DNA of 64,000 nucleotides from Lama guanicoe (Eukaryota). The notes under the pieces were generated by a model, which saw only the letters and a program-made list of their open reading frames with translations, was not told where the DNA came from and did not search any database. Positions 51,068 to 64,000 of this stretch are shown piece after piece. Both the position numbers and the translations under genes were made by a program. The DNA is taken from contig MU054187.1 of assembly GCA_013239625.1 (NCBI GenBank), positions 22,571,280 through 22,635,279 on the forward strand, given 5' to 3'. Every line of letters starts with the position of its first letter. Within the stretch, counting starts at the first letter, position 1.

Positions 51068-53258
51068 CTAAATAAAAAATAATAAAGAGAAAAACAATTC
51101 TTATAGACGCAGCTCAAAGGCCAATATCTCAAATGATTTCAAAATGCAATGGAAATAAACAGCCATAGGTGTTGTCTGTGTTAACACCAAATCATTAGTT
51201 GCCAGTGGATATAGACTTGTCTTAACCCAAAATGTAGGAAAAAAAAAAAACGTATAGTATGATGGTTAAATGGCACTTATCTCAATGGTAAAATTTTACT
51301 CATGTAAAATTTAACATAATGCTTAATTACTGATAGCTATTAAAGATTATGTGAATAGTGAAAATAATAATCATTGATTTTTTATATATTAATGCTGACA
51401 TCAAAATCTTTGCTGAATATTTTTCTTTTTTATAACATCTTGCATACTTTTGTTAGATATTACTATTTAACTTCGCAAGCTTGTGTGTTTTCTTCTCCAA
51501 ATGAATTACCATCTTCTTAAAGGCAGGGCAACTGTACAAAGAGATAGAAAAGCAATATCTGTTGAGTGAATGACTGACTGTCTATATCCACTTCAATAGT
51601 GTAAGAAACACGTTTGATTTGTATTTCTGTTCTGTCTAAATAATTACAATTTATCTATATGATAGGCAAAAAAAATCTGTAGATGCTTCAAAAAAAACTC
51701 ACTTTATGTCATGATTTTGAATCTTCTGCTTTCACCAAATATTTTTAGTTTTTCCTCCCAGAGCTGTTAACACATAGCAGCTTTCCTTTTGTGGTTGGCC
51801 CTGCCCATCCCTTAGGAGAATTATTATTTTGCAGAGAACTAATCCTAGCGAGTAGCAGAGGAAGGAGGCAGAAAAGCAAAGGGCCTCCCCACAGTGTGTG
51901 GATTGGATAATCTTTCCTTGAGCAAATCACCAGTTTTCCATAATGACTTCCGGAGCAAACACTTGACCTAGATCCATATGAAATTCAGACAAGGCAGTTG
52001 CATGACTGATAAGGAAAGTTAATGATTTGCGATTGAAGTATCTTCAAGTAGCCATTGGTGACAAGCATCCAGATGAACTTGAAGTCAGAATTTTAAAAAT
52101 TTATTTGAGAAACTATAGCTTTTGGTTATCCAGGATAGGAACAAGAGCCCAAGGCCGACAGGAGTACCTCCTTAACACAGTTCAACAAGTGTGCTGAGAA
52201 GCTGCTGTGAGCAAGTCTTTGAACCCTTGGTGCAATCAAAGATGCAAGAGAGTAAATCTAGTTGGGATGATGTTTTGAGTAAACAGGAAAGCTGTAATTG
52301 GGGGTAGAAGTTACTCATAAGCCATCCCAGGTAAATATCTATGAAACTGTTAAGAGGCGGGGGGTTTACTTCTGCCTGGGAGTGGGGATCGGAAAGAGAG
52401 GCAGCAACAAGAAGGCGCTCAATTAGGTCATTTGAAGATGAATTTGATTTGTATTTGCAAAGACGCACACAAGTCCTTTTAGGTAGAGAAAATTTGCCTT
52501 GTCTTTCCTTGTTATATATTCATTTTGTGCAAAGTGTATAATTTTCATTTATCTTTGCTTTATCCCTTCTATCTCATCAGTTACAATATTTGCCAAAGCA
52601 AGTAACAAATATTAATGTATTTCTAGAAAATATTATTTTGGTAAGAAATTCTCTAAATATATGGCTCAGGCATCCTATTTCTCTTAACATTATCACTGGT
52701 TTAGGGTAATTTCATTTTAGAAATCGGTGTTCTGATCACTCAGAACTCTCTTAGAAAAAAGAGCAAAACTTTAGATTGATCTTAGGACCTCACACACTCA
52801 AGAAAGTAGACACAATTCATTAGATATATACTTGGGAGTTCTTAAGCATAAACGTGTCTGGAGTATCCCTGCAATGAAGCTAACACTCTTCAGATCCATG
52901 GAGAAGAATAACCCTGTAAATGATCACAAACACGATCTAAAAAACCCACTTACATTTATTTTCATTGGCACAATTTGATTTTTTTGGCATTAATTTTTAC
53001 AATTGTAATTATAATCTCTAGGCCAAAATTAAGTTTCCATTCCTTAAATAATTCCTGCTGGAATGAACTTTGATGAAAATTCCCAACTGTCTTAAATTGT
53101 ATTCATAGGAATTATTCATGATTTAAAGTTTTGTTTTTCTATGATAGTTCCATAAATGCACAAAGGTGGAAACAACAAGACGGCAATTTGTAGACGGATA
53201 AAAATATTGAAAAAGTATTGGCTGCGATACCACAGAGCGGTTAAAAGAAAGAAGCCAG

Positions 53259-53263
<5 letters not shown>

Positions 53264-53293
<30 letters not shown>
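53264..53293. repeat. (TC)n microsatellite
   Basis: Read directly from sequence. Confidence 0.95.
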
Positions 53294-53296
<3 letters not shown>

Positions 53297-54530
53297 ATGT
53301 GAAATGTCAGCAAATAACCTGGTCTGAACAAATGCAAGGTATAGAATATATTCAATGTGACTCCAACTATGAAAAGACTACATAGAACAATACTGCATGT
53401 CATTGATGATTATACAGATAAAAAAATAAATTATAAAAATGAGGATTGGAAAGATACCCTTCAAATCACCTTCGTGACCACCTCTGGGGTGGGTGAAAGG
53501 ACAACAGAACTGGGGAGAAGGACTGGTGAGGCTTCAGCTATAACCTGTGTTAACACTGACAAAAATAAAGTAAGACACGCGTCCCAAGATCATTCTTGGG
53601 AACAAAATCCTTTTCTGAGAAGGAACATATTTTATCTTTTGTTTTCCACCCTTCAGGTTAGCTCACTGGCAGACAGCACTACAAAGGAAACCCAATTATT
53701 GGAAACTGTTGGACCAAACTAGGGGAAAAGCCCTAAAACAGATTAGCAAGCAATTAGTGTTTTTCCTCGGTAGAAACGCCCAGATACTTACATGGAGGGC
53801 TGTTAGCTTAGAGCTTGGATTTTCTCAGAGAAAAACATCTGAACCATTATATCTATGAATTTTTACGAGCGCACTTGTGTAGAAGATGTATTAATTCGTG
53901 TAAATGGAACATAGCAGCTGTGCATAATAAAAATTACCGTTTAAGCTTCATCAATGAAGTGATTCTGTCCCCTAATGAGTGCCTGATGGCCAGGTGCCAG
54001 TGGCCTTGGGGGCAGCTGTGATTTAGGGTTAGCTCCTTCCCTTCCGCGTCCTGGCTTAGTGGAATCAAGTCTGCATTAGGAAGTCGTTAAATTTTACGAG
54101 GCGTTTGAGAAGAACTATCTCCTCCCATGGGGAAAATGATTATTTTCTTGAGATACACCTTGTTCCGTTGTTGTATGATCAAAAAGAATTACATCCCAGG
54201 GCGAGCATTGTTTTCTTCATAATGCAGCTCCATTTCCTTTCTAGAAGTAGTTAGGGACGTTTCTGAAAGAGCACGGTCATTGTTCCATGAATGTCCCTTT
54301 TTCTATAAAGTGAGAGTACTTGTGTAAGTGTCAACGTTAACGTTATATTAACGCAACGTTTGTATTAAATTGTGTGTGTGTAATTCTTCCAACCTCCCTC
54401 TGGTGCTTGGCATTGAATAGTTTATTGTTAACCTTTTTTTGGTTTTGGATGAGGGGAAGGAGGCTGAGGAAGTCTATTGTCTATTTCCCTAAGGTCACAC
54501 ATGCAATAGGTGTCAGAGAGAGACTCACCA

Positions 54531-54532
54531 GT

Positions 54533-54566
<34 letters not shown>
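54531..54566. repeat. (GT)n microsatellite
   Basis: Read directly from sequence. Confidence 0.95.
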
Positions 54567-54568
<2 letters not shown>

Positions 54569-56240
54569 AATCTACATTCTGAGCAACTCCATATACCCAG
54601 GGTCTTGCCAGGGCTTGGGGCATACTAGGCACTAAATAAATACGGGCTGATGTATATAGAATGAAGTTGTTGGAGATTATTCCAATGGGAAATTCAGTGC
54701 TGTATCAAAACTCTGTTACAGATTTTAATAAGGCTTCTGGAGATTGAAATGGAGTTGGGAGAAATTCTATTTTTATTTAAAACATAACCTATACTTTAGA
54801 TGATGGATCCTAGGAAGTTCTCTTCACACTGGCAAGCTCTGAACACAATTGTAAAGTTGGTAACATTTATCTTTGGATCCCTACCTTCTCAGTCTTGAAG
54901 GATTTCTTCATTTCTAGGCTCATTCCTGCTTAAGTTCTTTGAAACTGAACTTAAGATATTATTGGTAATAAATAACTCACTGTGACTTTAAGTCACCCTC
55001 ATATAAACAGCAGCCTTCAGGGCTTTTCTCAGCTCAGCCTTGTTTATTATAAACGCCCGGGCTGTGCCCCTTCTTAAACTCCATTCCCACTAAGCAGGGG
55101 ATGGGTGACATGTCCAGGGCAGGGAATCCTGCATCCACTGCCCATGCTATGACAATGTCAGTCATGCTACCGATTGTAGCTGTTGGGAGCAACAACGTCT
55201 AATGGGATAAATAATTTGCAAGGTACTGTGATGTCATAACTTACTGAGTTTTAAGTGATATTGGACCCAAAGCTTAAAATTTGCAAACACTGGTAAAGTT
55301 GTCTCCATTACGCTGTCCTTGAGAGCTGACCATAATCTATTTCTCTAGGAGCTTCAGTATCACACAGCCAAAGTGGGAATCACAAGTTGGATGGAACCCT
55401 AAGGAGAAATCTAATCCACCATCCTATGATCAAGCAGGGCCACAGGCTGACTTGATCCGTGTGGAAACTCCCCTGTGATTGAATGTTTTATTTCTGGGTA
55501 ATAATAACAATGTAACTTACTGTGGCCAAGGTATTTCTACTAAGCACTTTTGTATATTTTGAGTCACTGAATCATCACACAACAACATAGGATGTTACCT
55601 CAAGGATGTTTCTTTAGTTTCCCCATCTTCCTGGGAAGCACTGGAAAGCAGGGTCTACGTCGGGCACCCTGCTAGGGCTTTAGGCAGAGTAACTGCTCGG
55701 GATGCAGCTGAATGGAGTTCATCTGGACTATAAGCTTACTGTTCAACATAAAAGTCTAGCAACACTGCTTTATTACTGATACCACCAGGATTAAAAATAA
55801 AGTTAAAAAATGAAATGTACTAAGTCTCCCGGAAATGCTCCAATTTCAAGCCCTCGGGAGAAAATATGTGACCGCGACACCTGATGAAGGTGGTCACCCC
55901 GGGGGAGCCGTGCGTGACTGGCGGAAATAATCCTGCGTTCGCCTCCCACTCCTGGCTCGGTCACTCACTCAGAGCTCCCCCCGCACGTGCTCGCCGCTGA
56001 TGTCACTGCACTCCCAGGCGCCACCCGCCGCACGGTCACAGCGGCTCACGGGTCCCGCTGAGGTGTCCTGTCTGGGACGGGTTCTGCATTTTCACCAGGG
56101 CAGCAAGCAGGGGGACACATTGTGCTCTCCTTGGCAACCGGTGGTACCTCCATTCTCACTTTGGTGGCTCTCGGTCCCTTGTTTTCCTTCCGTTCAGCCG
56201 AGGGCTCTTTTTCAGTTTCTAAAGGGTGCGATTTTAATTC

Positions 56241-56259
56241 TAGACACTAGGTGGCGCAA
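56241..56259 (+). promoter_or_regulatory. Candidate CTCF binding site
   Basis: TAGACACTAGGTGGCGCAA closely matches the CTCF core CCACYAGRKGGCRC; next to a CpG-rich patch at 55850-56100. Confidence 0.6.
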
Positions 56260-57117
56260 CAGAACTTGTATTAAATTTTCTCCCATTTCTGGTCATTAAG
56301 CTATGCAGGCAAACTGATTTTCCTAGCATTTAATTTGATAAAACATATTTTTAAAAAAATCAAAATAGTAAGTCATCAGAAAGGAGGGGAAGTTTCCTGG
56401 CCTCATAGAAATGAATCACTATTTATTAGCTTAATACTTGACCGTGGACTGGAAAAACATCCAATCAGCAAGGAAGAAAACCATTTTTGTGAAAAAATTT
56501 TTAGAAAATGACCGTTCATCTCTAAGCTCCTTAGAAACTCTGATCACCCCACGTAGAAACAGCAACTCTTAGTAATTAACCACAAATGATTGAAGCAAAG
56601 TTTTAGTGAAATTCTGTGACTTTAATTCTACCCGTTTTGATTAAGAGGGAGATACCACGTGAGATTCAAGGTCTTGTCTTAGTAGGAGAGTAGCCAAGGG
56701 TGTATGAATTTAGGTCTCTGGGTGTGAAAACAACCGACACGTCCAGTCTAAGTCTGTGAAAATCGCCAAAGGGGGGCCTTGAGCTTACGTTGCTTTTGAC
56801 CCTTGGGAAATTTCTTAGCAACTTATCACTTATCCAGACAGGGCTGGTGGGGAACTGAAAGGTGGCATCACTGAGTGGTTACATTTGTAGACTGCGGAGT
56901 CAGAAAAACCTGTGTGCAAACCCTCTCTCACTGCTCCCAGCTCTTTGGCCTCAGTCAGGTAAGTAGTTGCTCTTTCCGTAAAAGGGGGTTGGTAATACTT
57001 CTCTCAGAGGCTTGCTGTGGGAACTGAGACAGGGTAGCAAAGCAGATAATACACCACAGCACATGGTCAGAACTCAATGGATAGTAGCTCTTATTTTTGA
57101 GAAGAGTCAGGTATCAA

Positions 57118-57246
57118 TTTTTTTTTTACGGTGGGGGGAGGTAATTAGGCTTATTTATGTATTTTTTGATGGAAGTACTGGGGATTGAACCCAGGACCTC
57201 ATGCCTGCTCAGCCATGCACTCTACCACTGAGCTGTACCCTCCCCA
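57118..57246 (-). mobile_element. vic-1-type SINE
   Basis: Full head and tail; TSD caggtatcarttt. Confidence 0.9.
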
Positions 57247-57339
57247 CTGAGGCAGGTATCAGTTTTAAAATTTGGGTTTAGCAAGAGCTTGATTGCTTAC
57301 CTTTGGCTTAATTATATTCCATGCAGCTTAAAAATGCTT

Positions 57340-57745
57340 GGGGGTTGTTAACTTTATGTGTCCACTGGGCGAGGTGCTCAGATATTTGGCCAAATGCAAG
57401 CCTCAATGTCACTGTGAAGGTATTTTCAGATGAGATTAGCATTTAATCAGTAGGCTTTCAGTAAAGCGAGGTATACGCCATTATGTGGGTGGGCCTCATC
57501 CAATCAGTTGAAAGCCTTAAATAAAAGAGTCTGAAGTTCCTGAAGAAGAGGAAATTCTGCCTCCAGGCTCCCTTTGGAGCTGCAACACTAACACTTCCCA
57601 GGGGCTCCAGCCTGCTGGCCTGTCCTGAAAGTTTTAGGCTTACCAGCCTTCAGGACTGCAGGAGCTAATTCCTTAAAATAAATCTCTCTCTCTGTATACA
57701 CAAATCCTATTGATTCTATTTCTCTAGAGTACCCTGACTAATACA
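57340..57745 (+). mobile_element. MLT2 (ERVL) LTR
   Basis: gttaactttatgtgtc...gggtgggcctcatccaatcagttgaa...ccctgactaataca. Confidence 0.85.
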
Positions 57746-58617
57746 GGGGCCATGCAAGAGTTGGGAATAACAAGGAATATGGTGACAGTGTTGAGAATGA
57801 AAGATCATGGACAGTATGGGCCACCTTCATGCGACATTGTCTGTATTATAATTTATGCTGCACCAGCATTACTTACATAACTTTTGCTAAAGCTTTAGGA
57901 CACTCGCTGTTCCACTAATATAGAACACATTTTACAAGGCTCAAAGGAAAGGAATATAAGCACGTTGTCCTTTTCTAAGTTTTAAAACTTGAATATCATG
58001 CAAAATGAAAGCAACGGACCTATGTCTCTGGAAAAACCAAAGCAAGGTTATTTCGGATAGAATCATTCTCCACTGCTGTGTTGCAAACAAACTCACTTGC
58101 ATCTGTATCCATTCACAAGTGGACAAAATGGACAAAGGTCCTTGTGCGATTTTTCTGACCGAAGGCCCAAGATATCAACCTAAAATAGCCTTTAGTGCAT
58201 CTTCAACTAGATATTTGTGAGTTAAATGATTTTCAAGGATGTGTGATGTACCCTAATCCTGAGGGTGGGAAAGACACAAAGCACGCCTGCCAGCCTCCAG
58301 TTTTGGTGTCAGATCTCTCTCCTTCTCTCTCCCCTCCTGCCTGCCTGCCTTTTAAAGATACAGAAGATTCATTTCCAGGGAGAATTCAAGATGTGAAAGT
58401 CTTCAACAGTGGACAGTCAGCCTCCTTTGCTATCCCTGGATCTTCTGGTCTATTCAATGCGTTCCCACTTCTTGTCTTTGTAAACCTGGCATCTGGGCTG
58501 TGGGTTTCCTCCTTTCCAGACTCCTTGGCCTGTAGGACTGGATGCACAGCCTGGCTTCAGGTGACCTAGAATTCATCTTTGGTTGTCACCTCATGCTCTG
58601 GTTCTAGAGAACTTCTT

Positions 58618-60007
58618 TTTTTTTTTTTAACTTTTTTATTGGTTTATAATCATTTTACAATGTTGTGTCAAATTCCAGTGTAGAGCACAATTTTTCAGCT
58701 ATACATGACCATATATATATGTATATATATATATATATATATATTCATTGTCACATTTTTTTCTCTGTGAGCTACCATAAGATCTTGTGTACAACTTGTG
58801 TATATTTCCTTGTGCTATGCAGTATAATCTTGTTTATCAGTTCTACAATTTTGAAATCTCGTCTATCCCTTTCCACCCTCCAACCCCTCGGCAACCACAA
58901 GTTTGTATTCTATGTCTATGAGTCTGTTTCTGTTTTGTATTTATGCTTTGTTTGTTTGTTTGTTTGTTTTTTTTTTAGATTCCACATATGAGCGATCTCA
59001 TATGGTATTTTTCTTTCTCTTTCTGACTTACTTCACTTAGAATGACTTTCTCCAGGAGCATCCATGTTGCTGCAAATGGTGTTATGTTGTCAGTTTTTAT
59101 GGCTGAGTAGTAGTCCATTGTATAAGTATACCACCTCTTCTTTATCCAGTCATCTGTTGATGGACATTTAGGCTGTTTCCATGTTTTGGCTATTGTAAAT
59201 AGTGCTTCTATGAACACTGGGGTGCAGGTGTCATCCTGAAGTAGGGTTCCTTCTGGATATATCCCCAGGAGCAGGATTCCTGGGTCATACGCTAAGTCTA
59301 TTTCTAGTCTTTTGAGGAATCTCCATACTGTTTTCCACAGTGGCTGCACCAAACTATATTCCCACCAGCAGTGTAGGAGGGTTCCCCTTTCTCCACAGCC
59401 TCTCCAGCGTTTGTCATTTGTGGATTTTTGAATGATGGCCATTCTGACTGGTGTAAGGTGATACCTCATTGTAGTTTTGATTTGCATTTCTCTGATAATT
59501 AGTGATTTTGAGCATTTTTTCATGTGCCTGTTGATCATTTGTATGTCTTCTTTGGAGAATTGCTTGTTTAGGTCTTCTGCCCATTTTTGGATTGGGTTGT
59601 TTATTTTTTTCTTACTGAGTCTTATGAGCTGCTTATATATTCTGGAGATCAAGCCTTTGTTGGTTTCATTTGCAAAAATTTTTTCCTGTTCCGTAGGTTG
59701 TCTTTTTGTTTTACTTATGGTTTCCTTTGCTGTGCAGAAGCTTGTAATTTTCATTAGGTCTCATTTGTTTATTCTTGCTTTTATTTCTATTGCTTGGGTG
59801 GACTGCCCTAGGAGAACATTTTTGAGATGTATGTCAGATAATGTTTTGCCTATATTTTCTTCAAGGAGGTTTATTGTATCTTGTCTTATGTTTAAGTCTT
59901 TGATCCATTTTGAGTTTATTTTTGTGTATGGTGTAAGGGAGTGTTCTAGCTTCATTGCTTTACATGCTGCTGTCCAGTTTTCCCAACACCATTTGCTGAA
60001 GAGACTG
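58618..60007 (-). mobile_element. Young 5'-truncated L1 (ORF2 C-terminus, 3' UTR, poly(A))
   Basis: ORFs 58975..59754 and 59761..59955 are L1 ORF2 in one frame separated by a single TGA; perfect 15-bp TSD tctagagaacttctt at 58603-58617 and 60008-60022. Confidence 0.95.
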
Positions 60008-62299
60008 TCTAGAGAACTTCTTGTTCTGTGAATGCGTTATATTTTCCCACACTTGTGATAATGAGGCTTTTGTAGTCTCCTGAGTGTCCTTGGAGTGTGT
60101 GTGTCCACGCACACATACATATGTGAGCTTTGTGCCTCAGCCCCTTGAAGGTATGAACTGTGACTGATTCAGAAGCAACATGAGTCAATGAGGTAGGGAT
60201 ATAAAAATCCCTGTTCAGCCTGTTTCCTCCCTAAGAAAACAACAAATTTGTAAAAGCTACTAAGACTGTCTAAGTAAGATTTAGAAAAGAAATAAATGTA
60301 GAAACATTCCATACCTGTTCATTTTCTACTTCATTTGGCTTTATGTAAAAAATAACTCATTTTTTTCACTGAACAGAGATATAAATGGAAATGGGTTCTT
60401 TCTAGAAGGAACTACTCTTTAACAGATGTGTTAGGAAGGAATGAATCTATGTTTATGTACAATGTTAGCAAGATGGGACAATTTAACCTTTTTTTCTCAA
60501 TCAGATGTTGCTGAGCTAATGGATTTCAAAAATAGATGTAAAAACAAAGGGAAAAAACTCTGAGGCTGAAAACTGGCAACACCCAGATGAGAGATCACTC
60601 TCTAAAAGTCATTAGGATATAATTTAAAACTTTTGTTTTCTTTAAAAGAGAGCCAGCTGTTCTCACTTATTCTCAATTAAGCTAGTTTTATAACATTTAA
60701 AAATATTGTTAAAATAACTTAGCCTGTAGCTTTCATACCTTTTTTGACCATAACTTATAGTAACATAGACATTTACATTGTGCCCAGTATATGCATAAGT
60801 AGGTATATGTGTATTTAAAAAATAAGTAACAAAAATTTTGTAATAAAACACTTACCCTTACTGATGTGTGAGGCACTGTGATATTTTTCTCTTCTATTTT
60901 CTATGCTGGCTGTGACTCATTTAACTGAATTCGCTATCCCTGAATGGATTGCAAGCGGCAACATGAAAATCATTCATCTAGAGGAACCTGTTCACCAGGG
61001 TAGGACTCCCTGTCCCAGGCTCCCTGACAGAAGGTCAGAAGACTGTCTACACACAGTCCATGATGCTGGTGCCTCACCAGGCCGTCCACTGTGGCCCTCC
61101 CACTAGGACTGGGAACCACTTTCCAAGGAGGAAACTCCTTTCCTCTGATCTCCAGGAATTGGCCCCAGTGCCTCCTCCGTCTCCTCCCCTCCTCTCCCCT
61201 CCACTCCCACCTCCCTCCCTCCTTTCTTTCCTAAGGACTTTACTAAGCGCTATTCTGTGTCTGAGACCGTGCCGTGTCCTGTGGGCATCAAGACTGTTAG
61301 GATAAAGCCTTGTTCTCCAAGGATGTTTCATTCCAGGAGATGTGTCTGCTGTTCAAAAATGGGATTTACAGGTGAGTGTCATTTTGATGGACAACATAGA
61401 GGCAGTCTTATTCCTTGTCCCTATAACAGACATTAGGATATGTAACTTCAGCTGCTCTGGAATTAATTTTTCCCCATAATTAAACATCCTCAACATCTAC
61501 ACATTTCCTTTTGAAGCTACTCTTTCTTAAAATGGAAGAATAACTTATATGCGGTGAAATATACAAATTTTAATGGACAGTGAGATCAATTTTGACAGAT
61601 GCCTGTGGAACTTCCTTAGTAAGAAAAACTCTATCACCCTACAGAGTTCCCTCATGCCTCCCCCTAGTCAAAATCTTCATCCCATTTCCCCACCAGAAGC
61701 AATCATTTGTCTGATTTGTATTATTATAGAATAATTTTATTTCTAAAATTATCCTTTTACTGTGTCCTTGGTCCAAGACTCAACCCTTACCTCTTACCCC
61801 CTGGAAGATACTCTAATTTGTCAAAGTCCTTCTTAAAGCTGGTTATTTGCAAGATATGTTAATACAGATGTAGTTGAAATAAACAAGGAAACTAATATTA
61901 TTTTAAATTTAGGGTAATATGCATAAATCTGTTGACTCACATGGAGTTTGAGGTCAACTAAAACCCCCAGGTGTTAAAAAAAAGTTACAAAACTATTACT
62001 CTTTTATATTTGTAGTGTTTAATTTTAGGATTAAATTCAAGATTTTACTTTTATGCTTGTGGAAGTTAATCTCGTCTTTGCTCATTGTCTCAAATATTCA
62101 GTTAATTTCCAGTCTTGTAATCTAACACGTTTTAAATGATTCCTTCTTGCTTTGTGTCACCTGCCAATTTGAAAATCACACGGTTTATATTTTCATTAAG
62201 ATCTTGATGGACATTTAGAACAGGATATGTCAAGAGAAGAGTCCTGGGTATGATACTGGACCGAACTCGAGTTTCCTACGGGGGTCTTGAGTTAACCCA

Positions 62300-63790
62300 G
62301 CATTGAGATTTGCCACCCGGCTTCTGCGTCTTCATCCTGCCCACCACGGTCTCGGTGATGTGTTTTCAAGGCAGATCATTCTGGCTGAATTACATCATGG
62401 GGGATCCCATCCAGCCCCTGGCTTAAAATCCATCGATATGCTGATATGGCCAAATTCACGGCTCCAGCTTGGACCTCTCCCCTGAACACAGATTTATTTA
62501 TCGAACTGCCTACATGACATTCCATCTGAAGTCTCTCACCTCAAACTGACACATCCCCTAACAGACTCTATTTCTACCCTCATCACCCTACACTTACTCT
62601 AAAATTTCCTACTTTGGAAATGGTATCTGGGTTCTTCGTGTTCCTCAGCTTAAATCCTGACTTCTTCCTAAATTCCTTTCTCCTGCTCTGTCTCACTCGC
62701 CTCACACAATCACACAGCAAAAACCATGGCTCTCCCTTTGAACACATCCAATTTTCACCACTTCTTAATGCTGCTCCTACTGGTCTGGGTCTGGTCACCA
62801 CCATCTCTTCTATAGATGGTTACCCCCCCCCTTTTATTGATTTGTAAATTCCTTTTTTTTTAAATTGAAGTATAGTCAGTTTACAATGTGTTAATTTCTG
62901 GTGTAAAGCATAATGTTCATACATATACATACATATATTCCTTTTCATATTTTTTTCATTACAGGTGACTACAAGATATTGAATATAGTTCCCTGTGCTA
63001 TACATTATAAACTTGTTTATCTATTTTATATATAGTAGTCAGTATCTGCAAACATCGAACTCCCAATTTATCCCTTCCCACCCCATTTCCCCCTGGTCAA
63101 CATAAGTTTGTCTTCTATGTCTGTATGTCTGTCTCTGTTTTGTAAATAAGTTCATTTCTGTCTTTTGATTACCCTTTTTCGAACCTCCCTGACATCCACA
63201 CTTGCTTCCACGGTCTATTCTCCACACAGCAGGAAAAATAGTCCCTTTCAAACAGATCTCAAATAAGACACCATCTGCTCAAGACCTTCAGTGGTTCCTA
63301 CATTTCAGAACACAACCCAGAGTAACCTCCAAGTCCCTCCATCAGCTTGCCCCCGACTCACTCTCTCGTTTTTTGTTTTCCTCTGACTATGCTTGCTTTC
63401 CATCACTCTGCCTTTGCTCCAGCCACCCAGCTCAGTGCTTCATCTTGTCCACTCCTGTAATATCCTGTCTCTGCCCATCCATGCTTTCCTTCTCCAGTGT
63501 CAGCCTGGCTCACTCCCTTGCTTCCGGTAGACCTCTGTTTGAATAAATGCTCAACTGCACTTCATCAGAGATGACCTTTTATGCCCAGTGCCACCCTCAT
63601 CCTCCTTAATCTGTTTGATTTTGTTCTTAGCATTATCATATGTTATATATATATTTTTCATTCTCCTCCTCTTTTGGAATGTAAACTTCGTGTGTGTAAT
63701 TATTTGTTTTCAACTGTTGTATTCCTAGTGGCTAAAATGGTGCCTGGGACATAATAGAAACTTAATACATGTTCACTGAATGAATGAATT
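62300..63790. mobile_element. L2 relic interrupted by an L1 3' end (~62832-63167, minus strand)
   Basis: L2 motifs and gaatgaatgaat 3' terminus; inner attgaagtatagtcagtttacaatg L1 terminus. Confidence 0.65.
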
Positions 63791-63879
63791 AAATAGATGA
63801 ATCAGTGGATGCCACATGCAGAATGAAGTGTTAAGTGAGAATAACTTACATGTAGTACAATGGATTACAAAGAGGATAG

Positions 63880-64000
63880 TAACGCTGTTGGTAAGAATGT
63901 AATTTGGTACAGCCATTATAGAGAACAGTATGGAGATTCCTTAAAAAAACTAAAAATGGACTTACCATATGAGCCAGCAATCCCACTCCTGGGCAAATAT
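63880..64000 (+). mobile_element. L1 ORF2 3' fragment running off the window
   Basis: ttggtacagccattatagagaacagtatggagattcc...gcaatcccactcctggg. Confidence 0.85.

Noticed and set aside
52172..52468. 98-aa ORF as a CNGB3 exon or retrogene
   Set aside because: No similarity to the expected upstream CNGB3 exon (DESDLL...KVDLFK) or to any protein I recognise
58975..60031. 259-aa and 184-aa ORFs as host genes
   Set aside because: The first is the ORF2 C-terminus of a 5'-truncated L1 and the second is its antisense shadow; the element cannot be autonomous
61165..61230. Polypyrimidine/C-rich tract (G-rich on the CNGB3 sense strand)
   Set aside because: Low-complexity sequence with no supporting context

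Overview
Mammalian genomic DNA, very probably camelid (alpaca, llama or camel), judged from abundant tRNA-Ala-derived vic-1-type SINEs. Two genes converge tail-to-tail. On + are the last five coding exons and long 3' UTR of copine-3 (CPNE3; CDS 1920-8816, UTR to about 12.5 kb). On - are the last five coding exons of cone CNG channel beta-3 (CNGB3; 51067 down to the stop at 27803). All ten exons are in frame with canonical GT-AG sites. The rest is intron or intergenic DNA rich in L1, vic-1, ERV1/ERVL/MaLR LTRs, L2/MIR and Tigger/hAT relics. Repeat family names and human comparisons come from memory and need database confirmation. I see no novel protein-coding system. The most unusual element is at 17852-18028: a poly(A)-tailed, TSD-flanked retrocopy that matches the R region (inferred TSS to poly(A) site) of an ERV1 LTR family present twice elsewhere in the window. 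It looks like a SINE-like mobilised solo-LTR transcript. Other points of interest are a twin-primed inverted L1, two L1-into-L1 insertions at the same homologous site, a mini L1 with a probable 3' transduction, and inverted SINE pairs around the CPNE3 terminal exons.
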